Below are positions 9,929 to 20,696 of a stretch of DNA of 64,000 nt, piece after piece. Positions within the stretch are counted from its first letter, which is position 1. Each line of letters starts with the position of its first letter. The DNA lies in assembly GCA_027317865.1 (NCBI GenBank), contig DAHVQG010000006.1, forward strand, positions 64,001-128,000, read 5' to 3'. This DNA comes from Bdellovibrionales bacterium (lineage in GTDB: Bacteria > Bdellovibrionota > Bdellovibrionia > Bdellovibrionales > UBA1609). The notes below the pieces were generated by a model. The model saw only the letters and a program-made list of their open reading frames with translations, did no database searches and had not been told where the DNA came from. A program made the position numbers and the translations under genes.

Positions 9929-10891
9929 TTGTCTTTTATTAAAGAGATTTTTAAACCCTTTTTTTACGTGATACGAGAGCAGAAAAAAATGCTCGTGCTG
10001 ATCTTGGTGTCGGCTTTGGTTTTTGCCGTGTTGATTTTTCCGTACGATGATTTATCCGATCTCATCATGGCCAAAGCGGCGCAACAGGGAGTATTTCTTG
10101 ATTTCGCCCATTTAGGGCTGAGTTTTTTCCCGCCGTCGTTACGTCTTGACAAAGTTTCGGTTGAAACCACGATGCTTCCGCCGATTCACGCCGGTGAAAT
10201 TTATTTATCACCGAATCTCATGGGGCTATTGACGTTAAGCCCTGGTTTTAGCGCATCGATCGACAGTTTTTTAAACGGGTCGGTGAATGTCAATTACCGG
10301 CTCACCCATAAATTGCAAAATTTTGCGTTGTCTCTGAACGACGTCGATCTCAAAGGGCTCTCCACCTTTGCCCAGCTACCGGTCGTAATGGACGGTCGAG
10401 TACAGGGGCAAATCGATGGCGCATTCGATCCGAAGTTTACCGTTCAACCGTCAGGTACTGCGAGCATCGAAATTCGCAAATTGCACATTCCGCAGACTAT
10501 GGTCCCCGCGTGGATGGCTCTTACGCTCCCCGATACGAGGATCTCAAAAGTTATATTATTCGGCTCTATGGGCAAAGGCGAACTTGACGTCTCAAAAGCG
10601 ACAATCGGTCGGCCCGGCGACGATATCTACGGTCAGATGAAAGCAAGTATAGCTATGCAAATGTCCAGTCAAGACGGTGAAACATCCACACAAGTGGGCT
10701 CCTATCAAATCAGTTTGGACCTCACATTGGCCCCTAAAATTGAAAAAAACTTCGGTAGTATGCTGAGTTTGTTAAATTTCGACCAATACAAAATGGCCAC
10801 GGCCGACGGCACGCGCTATGCACTTCAATTGTCTGGTAGTGGTGCAGACGCTCCACCGACGCCGTCACCGTTACCACCCGGCACATTTTAG
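9929..10891 (+). CDS. gspN: GspN-like T2SS protein
   Basis: N-terminal TM followed by FPYDDL, beta-rich body, last gene of the gsp cluster. Confidence 0.7.
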   Translation: MSFIKEIFKPFFYVIREQKKMLVLILVSALVFAVLIFPYDDLSDLIMAKAAQQGVFLDFAHLGLSFFPPSLRLDKVSVETTMLPPIHAGEIYLSPNLMGLLTLSPGFSASIDSFLNGSVNVNYRLTHKLQNFALSLNDVDLKGLSTFAQLPVVMDGRVQGQIDGAFDPKFTVQPSGTASIEIRKLHIPQTMVPAWMALTLPDTRISKVILFGSMGKGELDVSKATIGRPGDDIYGQMKASIAMQMSSQDGETSTQVGSYQISLDLTLAPKIEKNFGSMLSLLNFDQYKMATADGTRYALQLSGSGADAPPTPSPLPPGTF

Positions 10892-10982
10892 CTTGCCGAT
10901 TGCCTACACAACGCTTAAAAACAGCGAGAAAGCGGAAGCTAATTTCGGGCTAACGCGTGACTCGTGTGGTGGGAGGATCAAT

Positions 10983-11411
10983 ATGTCAGGGGTAAATAAA
11001 GTCATTCTGATCGGCCGTCTTGGGACGGATCCGGAAGTAAAAAACGTGTCGGCTCAACAAACAGTAGCCAAACTCAGTGTGGCCACAAGTGAAAACTGGA
11101 CAGATCGCGAAGGCAAAAAACAAGAACGCACCGAGTGGCACCGAGTCGTCGTCTGGGGTAAACTCGCGGAACTTTGCGGTAAATATCTGGCAAAGGGCCG
11201 GCAGGTCTACGTCGAAGGTCGGTTGCAAACACGTTCATGGGAAGACCAACAAGGTCAAAAACGTTACACGACTGAAATTGTGGCTAACACCATTCAATTT
11301 TTAGGTAGTGCTGGTGAAACTCGTGATATTCAGAATTCGTCACCTTCTGTTTCACCAGAAAGTTTTGGTCCTGAACCGACTTTCGATTCAGAAGAAGAAA
11401 TTCCGTTCTGA
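10983..11411 (+). CDS. ssb: Single-stranded DNA-binding protein
   Basis: [33 protein letters not shown], acidic EEIPF tail; SD GGAGG. Confidence 0.97.
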   Translation: MSGVNKVILIGRLGTDPEVKNVSAQQTVAKLSVATSENWTDREGKKQERTEWHRVVVWGKLAELCGKYLAKGRQVYVEGRLQTRSWEDQQGQKRYTTEIVANTIQFLGSAGETRDIQNSSPSVSPESFGPEPTFDSEEEIPF

Positions 11412-11455
11412 TCTCGACTTTCTTTTTGCGCGAATTTTTCGTAGCATGTTGAAAT

Positions 11456-11929
11456 ATGCGGCGGCGTTATTTTTTGCGCACAAATTTGTGCGTCAGTATC
11501 ATGCTATTGACTCTCACGGGGTGTTCACTTTACGAGTCAAGCGGACGCAAAATAATCGAAACCAATCAAAATAATATCGTTGGTGCTTTTGGTTTCAACA
11601 GTAGCCACACGCTTCAGTACGAATGCTCGGCATCCCGTCAACCGCCGGAATTTTTAAGCGCACCGTTAGAAGCGGTTGCAACTCCTTACGAAGCTGACGG
11701 TATGACCGTGTTGATCGACGAGCATGCGCATCCCGCCTATTTGGCAATTGAGAAAGCAGGTCCAGCTGATACTTATTTGAGTTGCAAAGTGAAGTTTATT
11801 AAAAGCGGTTTTGCAAAATCAGATTTAAATCCGGTTGAAATATCCGAGGCGGCTCGTCTCGGGCATGGCCAAATCATCGCCTTAGGTTCTGCCTTAAGTC
11901 GAGGCTGTCACGTCGCACATTGTTTCTAA
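11456..11929 (+). CDS. Hypothetical lipoprotein
   Basis: Hydrophobic stretch ending in lipobox LTGC; start uncertain. Confidence 0.6.
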   Translation: MRRRYFLRTNLCVSIMLLTLTGCSLYESSGRKIIETNQNNIVGAFGFNSSHTLQYECSASRQPPEFLSAPLEAVATPYEADGMTVLIDEHAHPAYLAIEKAGPADTYLSCKVKFIKSGFAKSDLNPVEISEAARLGHGQIIALGSALSRGCHVAHCF

Positions 11930-11987
11930 CTAGTAAATATCACTGATTTTTCATAAACTAAAAGCGCAAGTACACGCATCGTGGGGG

Positions 11988-12884
11988 TTGTCTATGAGAT
12001 GTCGATATTTGGCACGTGTCCTGGTTTTTGTAATACCTTTTTTATTATTATGTACCTATGCGAATGCGGCTGAGGTACGGGCGCTTAAAGGCGACCGCAT
12101 GCTCATTCAACTTCAAGGTTCGCAGTTCAACGTTGGGGATATCATAAAAATACAAAACGAAATGGGCGAGACTCGTGCCCTTGGTAAAGTCATCAAAGTG
12201 GCCGGCCGCTTTGCCGAAGCCATTTTTCGCGGACATCCGCAAATCGGCTATTCGGTCGTGATTTTTCCCAAACGGGCCCTCGAAAGAAAACTTCGGCAAA
12301 TTCGAAACCGACAAGGCGAAATGAGTGGCGGCGGCAGTTCGTACTCGCCATCGGGACCAAGTCACACATCCTACGGAGTGTTGGCCGGATATAACTCGGC
12401 AACCGCGACCGTCAAGTTGAACAATGGTGATTCCGTGTCGCTAAAAGGTTCAGGGCTAAGCTTGATGGGTTTTATGGACCATCCTTTTCGCGATTGGTTT
12501 TCATTTCGCGGAGAAGCGGGCATTGATCAGCTGAATTTGAGCGGTGCCACTGACACCGGATGCAGCGGCGCTTGCAATGCTAAAATCAACTATTTATCTT
12601 TAGATCTTCTCGCGCGATTCACCCACAGAAAATGGCATGGCGTCTGGTGGGGCGGCGCCGGCGTGAATGTTTTATTTCCGCTCACGAAGTCGTCAACAGC
12701 ACTTGCGTCCAGTTCAATTTCGGGCACTATGACTTATGTTTTGGCGGTCGGTTACGATTTGCAAATGCACCGCCCCGACAACCCTTACATTCCGATTCAA
12801 ATCCAATATCAATTGTTTCCGAACTCCGCCACAGTTACCGCACACACTATCGAATTTGACATTGGTTACGGTAAAACATTTTAA
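11988..12884 (+). CDS. Outer-membrane beta-barrel protein with a small N-terminal beta domain
   Basis: Signal peptide ending ANA|, alternating beta-strands, C-terminal IGYGKTF. Confidence 0.7.
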   Translation: MSMRCRYLARVLVFVIPFLLLCTYANAAEVRALKGDRMLIQLQGSQFNVGDIIKIQNEMGETRALGKVIKVAGRFAEAIFRGHPQIGYSVVIFPKRALERKLRQIRNRQGEMSGGGSSYSPSGPSHTSYGVLAGYNSATATVKLNNGDSVSLKGSGLSLMGFMDHPFRDWFSFRGEAGIDQLNLSGATDTGCSGACNAKINYLSLDLLARFTHRKWHGVWWGGAGVNVLFPLTKSSTALASSSISGTMTYVLAVGYDLQMHRPDNPYIPIQIQYQLFPNSATVTAHTIEFDIGYGKTF

Positions 12885-15130
12885 TCTGATTGCGACGCGC
12901 GAGTCACTTCGAGAACGCCAGTAAGTTTTTGAAGATCGGTCATAACGTCGCGAAGTTGGCGAATATCGCGAACCCGAATATCGAAAAGGCTGACAGCACG
13001 CAGATCTCGTGAGGTACGGGCTTGTACGTTTAAAATATTCACTCCCCGTGACTCGAAAACTTCGCTCATGCTCTTAAGTAAACCCGGCTTATCCTGGCTC
13101 AACACGCGCAAACGAACCGGACGTTCGGCAGACGCGTCAGCCGAGACATGGCTCCATTCGACGTCTACGGAACGGGCTTGATCCATCTCAAATGCTTTTT
13201 CACAATCGGCGCGATGAATGGTAATGCCACGGCCGCGCGAAATAAATCCAAGAATTGGATCGCCCGGAATGGGCATACAACATTTAGCATACCGCACGAG
13301 AACGTCGTTCATTCCGTCGACTTTTATAACCGATGCGGATTTGCGCGTTCGATCAACGGCTGACTTGAAGGCACGGGTCAAAAAACTTTCGGTTTTTCCG
13401 GCTGGTGTTGATTCCACTTTCGGAATTCGTTCGGGAGGTACAATTAACTCGATAACCTTTTGTGGCGTCACTTTACCGTAGCCAACACGAATATAAAGAT
13501 CATCTAAACTTTGGCAGCCTTCATCTTTAAGCAATTTTTCAAACCTGGCGCCCTCAAAAAATTTATGAATGGGCAAACTTTCTTTGCGAAAACTGCGTTC
13601 AAGAATTTCTTTGCCAAGCTCTTGTGCGCGCCGCCGCTGCTCGGCTTTTATCAATGCCCGAATTTTCGACTTGGCCCGCGAAGTCACACAAATTTTGAGC
13701 CAATCCTTGTTCGGAGTTTGGTTTTTAGAGGTAATCACTTCAACCGTGTCGCCATTGCGGAGTTTATGCTTGAGCGTGACAATCTTACCGTTCACTCGCG
13801 CGGCTACGATGCGCATGCCGACGTCGGTATGAACCGAAAATCCAAAATCAATGGGTGTCGCACCCTCCGGCAATTCCTTCACATCGCCTTTGGGAGTGAA
13901 AACGTAGATTTCACCCTCAAACAGATCGGATTTGATATTTTCAAGAAATTCATCTGAACTGTTCGTGCCCTGATGCGAAGTCACCAACTCGCGTAACCAG
14001 TTGAACTGGTCGATTGCCAGTTGTTCGATATTTTTATTGTTGGCGCGTGTTTCTTCTTTGTACTTCCAATGTGCGGCAATCCCCCACTCCGCAATGAGAT
14101 GCATTTCATTCGTGCGAATCTGAATTTCAACACGCTCACCGCCGGGCCCAATTACCGTGGTGTGCAAACTTTGATAATTGTTGGCTTTGGGCATCGCAAT
14201 AAAATCTTTAAAGCGGCCGGGGATAGGTTTAAAAATTGAATGAACAACCCCCAATACTTCGTAGCATTCTGAAACCGAATTCACGATCACGCGAAACGCC
14301 AGCAAGTCATAGATTTGATCGTAATCGAGACTGCGCATGGTCATCTTTTTATAAATCGAATACAAGTGCTTGGAGCGTCCTGAAATATCAAACAAAAAGG
14401 ACGTTCGCGCCCGTATTTCTTTAGTCAGAATTTCTTTGACGTCGTTAATGTACGCATCCCGCTCCTTTTTCTTCTTTTGAATTGTTTGAACCAGAGCGTA
14501 GTACTGTTCGGGATTGGTGTAGCGAAAACCCAAGTCTTCAAGCTCGATTTTGACGGAGCTGATACCGAGGCGGCCCGCAAGCGGCGAATAAATGTCGAGT
14601 GTCTCTTCAGCTATCCGCCGTTGTTTATCGAGCGGCATATGATTCAGCGTGCGCATATTGTGCAGTCGATCCGCGAGCTTTACCAAAATCACGCGCACGT
14701 CTTTGCCCATGGCGATGATCATTTTGCGGATATTTTCACCTTGTTTTTCGTGCGTCTGGCGAAAGTTCATCTGCGAAAGCTTCGTCACGCCGTCGACAAG
14801 ATCGGCAATGGTTTTACCGAAATCTTTTTCGATGTCGCTGAGACTTACGGTTGTATCTTCGACAACGTCGTGCAAAATTCCGGTCGAGATGCTTGCGATA
14901 TCGAGGTGAAGATCCGCGAGTATGCCCGCCACTCCCAACGGATGCATGATGTAAGGCTCACCACTGCGTCGCAACTGACCTTCGTGCGCCTTGCGAGCAA
15001 CTTCAAACGCGCGAACCAATGTCGTTAGATCACCTTGTGGATTGTACGAGCGAACTTTTGCAACGAGGTCGTCTATCGTTTCAGGGGATTTTTCATCTAT
15101 GGCTTCAGAAAAAATCTTCGCCGTTTGCAT
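12881..15130 (-). CDS. rel: Bifunctional (p)ppGpp synthetase/hydrolase Rel/SpoT
   Basis: Intact HD motif (HDVVED), KLADRLHNMRTL, RFKD, YQSLHT, EIQIRT; TGS and ACT domains. Confidence 0.97.
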   Translation of the reverse strand: MQTAKIFSEAIDEKSPETIDDLVAKVRSYNPQGDLTTLVRAFEVARKAHEGQLRRSGEPYIMHPLGVAGILADLHLDIASISTGILHDVVEDTTVSLSDIEKDFGKTIADLVDGVTKLSQMNFRQTHEKQGENIRKMIIAMGKDVRVILVKLADRLHNMRTLNHMPLDKQRRIAEETLDIYSPLAGRLGISSVKIELEDLGFRYTNPEQYYALVQTIQKKKKERDAYINDVKEILTKEIRARTSFLFDISGRSKHLYSIYKKMTMRSLDYDQIYDLLAFRVIVNSVSECYEVLGVVHSIFKPIPGRFKDFIAMPKANNYQSLHTTVIGPGGERVEIQIRTNEMHLIAEWGIAAHWKYKEETRANNKNIEQLAIDQFNWLRELVTSHQGTNSSDEFLENIKSDLFEGEIYVFTPKGDVKELPEGATPIDFGFSVHTDVGMRIVAARVNGKIVTLKHKLRNGDTVEVITSKNQTPNKDWLKICVTSRAKSKIRALIKAEQRRRAQELGKEILERSFRKESLPIHKFFEGARFEKLLKDEGCQSLDDLYIRVGYGKVTPQKVIELIVPPERIPKVESTPAGKTESFLTRAFKSAVDRTRKSASVIKVDGMNDVLVRYAKCCMPIPGDPILGFISRGRGITIHRADCEKAFEMDQARSVDVEWSHVSADASAERPVRLRVLSQDKPGLLKSMSEVFESRGVNILNVQARTSRDLRAVSLFDIRVRDIRQLRDVMTDLQKLTGVLEVTRASQSD

Positions 15131-15171
15131 CTCGTTTTACTTCGGCGGATTTCACTAAAAACTTAAGAATT

Positions 15172-15411
15172 TTAGCGATTTAAATCGCTTTCTATCTGTT
15201 TTTCCGCCACTTCATCCGTAACTGCCGAATCGTAGTATACTTTGCCAGCGGCAACTTCACGCAATGACGTTACGATGTATTTGTTATTTTTCATTGTTAC
15301 AACGGGCTGCACGCCTTTCAGTAACTGTTTGGCGCGCTTTGCCACAAGAATGACAAGCCCAAAACGGTTATTTACTTTTTCAAGACAATCTTCAACAGTT
15401 ACCCGTGCCAC
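15172..15411 (-). CDS. rpoZ: RNA polymerase omega subunit
   Basis: [26 protein letters not shown]. Confidence 0.97.
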   Translation of the reverse strand: MARVTVEDCLEKVNNRFGLVILVAKRAKQLLKGVQPVVTMKNNKYIVTSLREVAAGKVYYDSAVTDEVAEKQIESDLNR

Positions 15412-15444
15412 ACGAAACTCCTTGTGAAAAAAGGGTATGCTAAG

Positions 15445-16020
15445 TTACCGATTTTTCAGTATTTCTTCAATGATTTTTTTGAATTGGCCGTAGCACAAAT
15501 CGAAATCAGCGTTAACAATTTGAATATTGAACTGTTTTGCTTGTGCGATTTCTTTTCGTGCGTTCTCAAGGCGAAGATCCAGCTCCGCGCCATCCATTTT
15601 GTCCCGCTTTTTGATTCTCTGACGCAGCTCATCAAGGGATGGCGGTAAAACAAATATTGAAAATGCCGTCGGGTATTTTTCTTTAAAAGTTCGCGCTCCT
15701 TGCACGTCAACATCCATAATTACAACACGACCAGCACTGATGGCCTCATCAATTTGATGCCTCGGGGTACCGTACATTTTATTGTGAACATGCGCCCACT
15801 CAACAAAAAAATCCTGTTCGATCAATTCGTGAAAACGATTCTCAGAAACAAAATGGTACGGATTACCTTCGCTTTCGCCTTTGCGCATGGTTCGAGTGGT
15901 ATACGTTGTCGTGTCAAATAACTGCGCAAATTCGGCTTTCGCTTTGTCGACTAATGTCGATTTGCCGACGCCGGATGGCCCCACAACGATGATCATGTTT
16001 ATCCCATTCGGGATCGTCAC
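15445..16020 (-). CDS. gmk: Guanylate kinase
   Basis: GPSGVGKST, TTRTMRKGE..G..YHFVS, YGT, DVQGA. Start GTG 16020 or ATG 15996. Confidence 0.95.
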   Translation of the reverse strand: MTIPNGINMIIVVGPSGVGKSTLVDKAKAEFAQLFDTTTYTTRTMRKGESEGNPYHFVSENRFHELIEQDFFVEWAHVHNKMYGTPRHQIDEAISAGRVVIMDVDVQGARTFKEKYPTAFSIFVLPPSLDELRQRIKKRDKMDGAELDLRLENARKEIAQAKQFNIQIVNADFDLCYGQFKKIIEEILKNR

Positions 16021-16024
16021 GTGT

Positions 16025-16912
16025 TCATTCAACGTTTTGCACCTGTTCTTTGAAAGCTTCAATTAGGCCTTTAGCCTCTACAACGAGTTCGGTCAGTCGC
16101 GCATGGTTGGCTTTCGAACCTATGGTGTTCACTTCGCGCAATAGTTCTTGGCCGTAGAAATCTAATTTCTTACCGCGGGCATTTCGATTCGCTACGTATT
16201 TCAAACACATTTGCAAATGCTCTTTTAACCGAGCGAGTTCCTCGCCGATGTCGCTTTTATCTAAGTAGTAAACAAGTTCCTCGGCAAAACGTGACGGATC
16301 GATCGCGACGTCTTTTGATATTTTTCGCAATCGGTCGTAGAGCTTGGCTTCTAACTCGCGATTTGACGACTCACGTAATCGCTCCATTAATCCAACAAGT
16401 TTTTTCAATTGATTGAGAATGCTGAGCAAATGTCGGGACAGCGACCGGCCCTCGCGCAAGCGTTCACGCAAACATTGTCGAAGCGCCGTTCGAAAAGCCC
16501 GCAAAACCTTATTTTTTTCATTCGAACTTACCGATGTCAGTTCACGCGTCTCAAATACCTGGGGCAAACTCGACACGCGTTCAGCTAAATTGTTTAAATT
16601 TAGTGGGAGTTTTAACGTTCGCGCCAAACGTCGATGTGCCTCCACCCACTTTTTTGCGTTTTTGGGATTAAACCGGACATTCAAATCCGCCGAACCGCGC
16701 CGATAAACAAATATGTCAATCGTGCCGCGCTCAAACATAGCCGTTACTTCTTTTTTTAACTGCGATTCAAGTGCAAAATATTCTTTTGGTAGGTGAAAAC
16801 GAGGTTCAAGAAATCGGCCATTGACAGATTTGACAGTAATAGAAAATTCGGTGTCGGCAGTTCGCCCTTCTACCGTGCCATAACCCGTCATGCTCTTCAT
16901 GCCAGAGCTCAT
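16025..16912 (-). CDS. yicC: YicC/YloC family endoribonuclease
   Basis: SMTGYG, KSVNGRFL, GKKLDF..QE..RE.NTIGSK, EQVQNVE. Confidence 0.95.
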   Translation of the reverse strand: MSSGMKSMTGYGTVEGRTADTEFSITVKSVNGRFLEPRFHLPKEYFALESQLKKEVTAMFERGTIDIFVYRRGSADLNVRFNPKNAKKWVEAHRRLARTLKLPLNLNNLAERVSSLPQVFETRELTSVSSNEKNKVLRAFRTALRQCLRERLREGRSLSRHLLSILNQLKKLVGLMERLRESSNRELEAKLYDRLRKISKDVAIDPSRFAEELVYYLDKSDIGEELARLKEHLQMCLKYVANRNARGKKLDFYGQELLREVNTIGSKANHARLTELVVEAKGLIEAFKEQVQNVE

Positions 16913-16936
16913 CTAAAAATCGCACCTAAGTTAAAG

Positions 16937-17794
16937 TTAAACTTCTTGCCATGTTATTGCATTGTCGCGCCGAAACCAAGTCATCTGTTTTTTGGCAAGT
17001 TGCATAGTACTGATTACAATGGCTTCGGCGAGGCGATCACGTGATAGCCGCCCCGCAAGATATTCTTTGCATTCAAAATACCCAACGGAGTTGAATGGCC
17101 GCGTGTCTCTATAACCTTGATTGACCAGCGACTTTGCCTCGTCAATCAACCCATAAGTCAGCATCGCGGCCGTGCGTTCAACGATTCTCGCACGCAGTCG
17201 CGATCGCTCCACGGTAAGGCCCACTTTACGCACGTCATATCGAGCTGCAAGTCGATTTGGATTTTGTTTGAGATTCTGCGCAACTTCAGACCACGGTCGC
17301 CCCGTCGCAAGTGAGCCCTCAAGTGCGCGGCGCAAACGGTAATGATCGTTAGGTGAAAGTTTTCGTGCCGAAGCCGGATCGATGCGTTCGAGTTGCGGCC
17401 AAAGTTCCCGGTCGACCTCCCATTGGCGGACTTGCGTTCGAATTTCGTCGTTTACCTTAGGAATGTCGTACATGCCGTTTTCGAGCGCTTGAATATAAAA
17501 TCCGCTACCACCAACAACAAAAATTTCGCGGTTATGATATTCGCGTTCGATAACGGCCAGCGCCTCACGTCGATAGTCTCCGGCTGTAAACTCCTGGTCG
17601 GGCAATACCAAATCGTACAGTTCATGTTGGGCACGGGCACGATCCGCAACTGTAGGTTTTGCCGAACCCAAATCAAAATATTTGTAAACTTGAATGCTGT
17701 CGGCGTTCACAATGATCGCGTTGACGCGTTCGGCTTGGTTCAGCGCCCAAGCTGACTTCCCGGCGCCAGTTGGCCCGACGACAAACGTGATCAT
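16937..17794 (-). CDS. miaA: tRNA dimethylallyltransferase
   Basis: GPTGAGKS, NADSIQVY, GSAKP, VGGSGFY, AKKQMTWFR. Confidence 0.95.
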   Translation of the reverse strand: MITFVVGPTGAGKSAWALNQAERVNAIIVNADSIQVYKYFDLGSAKPTVADRARAQHELYDLVLPDQEFTAGDYRREALAVIEREYHNREIFVVGGSGFYIQALENGMYDIPKVNDEIRTQVRQWEVDRELWPQLERIDPASARKLSPNDHYRLRRALEGSLATGRPWSEVAQNLKQNPNRLAARYDVRKVGLTVERSRLRARIVERTAAMLTYGLIDEAKSLVNQGYRDTRPFNSVGYFECKEYLAGRLSRDRLAEAIVISTMQLAKKQMTWFRRDNAITWQEV

Positions 17795-19581
17795 ACGATC
17801 CGGCCAAAATCACGCTCAAGCCGCTGAAACGGATACTCGACATAAACCGGGCGGCCATGCGGACAAAAACTAGAAAGCGGAAATTCATCCATTTGCTTCA
17901 AAAGCGCGCGCATTTCGTCTGTGCTTAGTGGTTGGCCTGCGCGAATGGCCGAATGACAAGCCATTGTTGCAACAATATTGCCAAGCGCTTTATCGAGATG
18001 AAAACTGCCCCCATGTTGAACAAAATCTTCAGCAATTTTCTCAATAACCGCGGGCAACCGATCGGTATTCATTAATGCCGGAGCCGCTTGAATTGCAATT
18101 TGCGAAGGCCCCGTCATTTCAAGAATAAAACCCAATTTTTGAAATTCTTCAGCCGATTTCATCAAATCTTGCGCCATATCTTCGGCAAGATCCACCGTTT
18201 GAGGGAGCAAAAAATTTTGCACCTCAACTGACCCGGCTCGTATATCTCTCATCAGACGCTCAAACAAAACGCGTTCATGTGCAGCATGTTGATCCACGAT
18301 CAACAACGCCGCTCGCGATTGGCACAAAATATAGGTCAAGTTCGACTGGCCCAACACTTCAAGTGTCGACCAAATTGCCGTTGAATTAATATTTTGGCCG
18401 TTAGAAAAATCGGCAACTGTTGTCTGACGATCAACCGACGACGCGATTTCAGAGGCCGTTAAACGTTCCGGACTTTGCACGCGCGCAATAGCTGAGTCGG
18501 CAAAAGTAAGATTTATTTGCGGCCGTTCGTTCATATCGTCATTTCTCACGACATTTGCCGCCACCGCCGGTTGCTCCGCCGGACTAAAAGTGACTGCCGG
18601 TCGCCACGGTGCTTTTTCGAGAACTCCCCGAACCGCACGATGAACCACGCGAAATACTTTCGAAGCATCTTGAAATTTCACTTGCGATTTGGTTGGGCTC
18701 ACATTGACATCGACAAAATCCGGCGGGCAGACCAAATCAATCGCGACAACCGGGTACTCGCCGTGCATAAGTAGCTGCCGGTAAGCATCTAAAACAGCCG
18801 CTTGAATCCCGCGATCTTGAACATGGCGTTTCTGAACTAGAGACCAAATTTGCCGAGAGTTCCCCACAGTACGATTCGGGCTCGATACAACAGCATGGAC
18901 CCGAACTCCGTCAAGTTCCGCGTCGGCTTCGTACATTTCTTCTTCGTTCAGCACCTGCATTACGCGTTTTAGAAATGTCGAAACACCCGGCCAATAGAAA
19001 ACAAAGTCATCATTGTATCGCACTCGAAATGTGACGTCGGGCCGGGCGAGAGCCAAGGCTTTTAATTGAGTTTTTATTGCAGCCGCTTCACCAGTGTCGG
19101 ATTTTAAAAATTTCAGCCGCGCCGGTACATTTTCAAAAAGGCCCTCAATCAAAAGAGTTGTCCCTTGTGCGCCGCCAATGGGTTGTACGGCGCCAATATC
19201 TCCGTACTCGGCAGTAATTTGGTGGCCCATCTCCTGGCCGGCGACTCGTGATCGTAGTGTCAGTCGGCTGACGGCCGCAATGCTAGCAAGGGCTTCGCCG
19301 CGAAAGCCAAAAGAGCTAATGCGCCAAATGTCGTGGACGTTTTGAATTTTACTCGTGGCATGACGAGCCAACGCTAATGGCAACTCTTCAGGAGCAATTC
19401 CGTGACCGTTATCTTCAACGCAAACACTTCGGCCGCCATTTTTAAAATCGATCGTAATTTCTGAAGCACCCGCGTCGAGCGAATTTTCAACGATTTCTTT
19501 AATCAGGTGAGCCGGCCGCTCAACAACTTCACCAGCTGCGATTTGGTCGATAACCTGGTTGTCGAGAATTTTGATGGCCAT
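17791..19581 (-). CDS. mutL: DNA mismatch repair protein MutL (endonuclease type)
   Basis: IAAGEVVERP, GFRGEALASI, DQHAAHER, ACH and CPHGRP motifs. Confidence 0.97.
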   Translation of the reverse strand: MAIKILDNQVIDQIAAGEVVERPAHLIKEIVENSLDAGASEITIDFKNGGRSVCVEDNGHGIAPEELPLALARHATSKIQNVHDIWRISSFGFRGEALASIAAVSRLTLRSRVAGQEMGHQITAEYGDIGAVQPIGGAQGTTLLIEGLFENVPARLKFLKSDTGEAAAIKTQLKALALARPDVTFRVRYNDDFVFYWPGVSTFLKRVMQVLNEEEMYEADAELDGVRVHAVVSSPNRTVGNSRQIWSLVQKRHVQDRGIQAAVLDAYRQLLMHGEYPVVAIDLVCPPDFVDVNVSPTKSQVKFQDASKVFRVVHRAVRGVLEKAPWRPAVTFSPAEQPAVAANVVRNDDMNERPQINLTFADSAIARVQSPERLTASEIASSVDRQTTVADFSNGQNINSTAIWSTLEVLGQSNLTYILCQSRAALLIVDQHAAHERVLFERLMRDIRAGSVEVQNFLLPQTVDLAEDMAQDLMKSAEEFQKLGFILEMTGPSQIAIQAAPALMNTDRLPAVIEKIAEDFVQHGGSFHLDKALGNIVATMACHSAIRAGQPLSTDEMRALLKQMDEFPLSSFCPHGRPVYVEYPFQRLERDFGRIV

Positions 19582-19632
19582 AAAGTCTCATACAAGAAAC
19601 TGGCACATCGTTCAATAGATGCCTATGAATCT

Positions 19633-20649
19633 CTAATATTGGTATTCGAGAGCTGCCCCAATACCCGCATACTGTTCTTTTTCGTAGATGTAACGGGCAT
19701 CTCCTCGCAGCGCAAATCGTCCTTTTAATCGAATAGTCGCCGACAATTCCCCGACAACCCCCATAGTAAGCTCCTCGGAATCAAACTTACCCAGCCCAGG
19801 GCTTTGCCGGAGAAGCACGGACCACTTTGAAAATCGCGCGAGCAAACCAAATCCAGCCGTAACCAAAATACGTGAAGTCTGCGTAATCGGCAGATTCGCA
19901 ATCATGTCACCAATTGCCATAAACCCCGACGTGCTCGTCGCAATTTGATTGTAAAATGATGGCGGCGTGGTCGTGAACATTAAGTCAAAATCAAGCGGCA
20001 TACCCCCCATTAGAGATGTTGGGCCGACATATTTCAAACCGTACATAGGTGTGCTGGCCGATCGTGCGCCACCGCTTATTTTTTCAGAAAAATTCAAATT
20101 GTAATACGACAGGCCCACGTAACGATTCATGTACAAGTCGATATTATTGTCGTCTTCAGATTCAGAATTAGAACTCGAACCGAAAAAAGAATCGTTGTGA
20201 TTATGAGAATTTTTCTGATCGGGCAGAATAATATCGGTATCAGTAATAAAACCCGCACCGTGCGGCTTAAGAGGCAAACGATAAAAATACCCAAGGCCGC
20301 CAACCCCTGTGTACATTTTTTTTGAAACCCAAATCTTTCGCCCTTTATCCATGTAACCCAAAACAGGTGCGTCAAAATTTGGCGCAGAATAAATCGCCGC
20401 GCCGTCATGTTTCACATACGCGATTTGCATGAACTTAAGCCATCGCTTTATTGCTGCTTCTCTATCGGCACGGCGCACGGCAGCCTGTCGCGAATTAAGT
20501 ATTTGCTTCATTTGTTTATTCGATTGGTAGGGAGCAAAATCGCCCTGAGCGTGAGCGGTTATCGTAATCCCACTAAAAAACAGGCCGAATACGCCCACGA
20601 AAATCAACCGACGGCGTAAGGCGCTTCTTTTTAAAAAAAACCCTGTCAT
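19633..20649 (-). CDS. Exported protein: SH3b-like domain + C-terminal beta-barrel
   Basis: Signal ending AHA|, IYSAPNFDAPVLG SH3-like motif, amphipathic strands ending LEYQY. Confidence 0.6.
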   Translation of the reverse strand: MTGFFLKRSALRRRLIFVGVFGLFFSGITITAHAQGDFAPYQSNKQMKQILNSRQAAVRRADREAAIKRWLKFMQIAYVKHDGAAIYSAPNFDAPVLGYMDKGRKIWVSKKMYTGVGGLGYFYRLPLKPHGAGFITDTDIILPDQKNSHNHNDSFFGSSSNSESEDDNNIDLYMNRYVGLSYYNLNFSEKISGGARSASTPMYGLKYVGPTSLMGGMPLDFDLMFTTTPPSFYNQIATSTSGFMAIGDMIANLPITQTSRILVTAGFGLLARFSKWSVLLRQSPGLGKFDSEELTMGVVGELSATIRLKGRFALRGDARYIYEKEQYAGIGAALEYQY

Positions 20650-20696
20650 GTTTAACTATTGGACCTTTAACCGCCACAAAATTCAAGTGCCGCGAA

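Noticed and set aside
10818-10982. N-terminal extension of SSB (similar ones on rpsO, mrdA, ruvC, gspH, gspM)
   Set aside because: Longest-ORF artefacts; family-typical starts, several with SD motifs, lie downstream.
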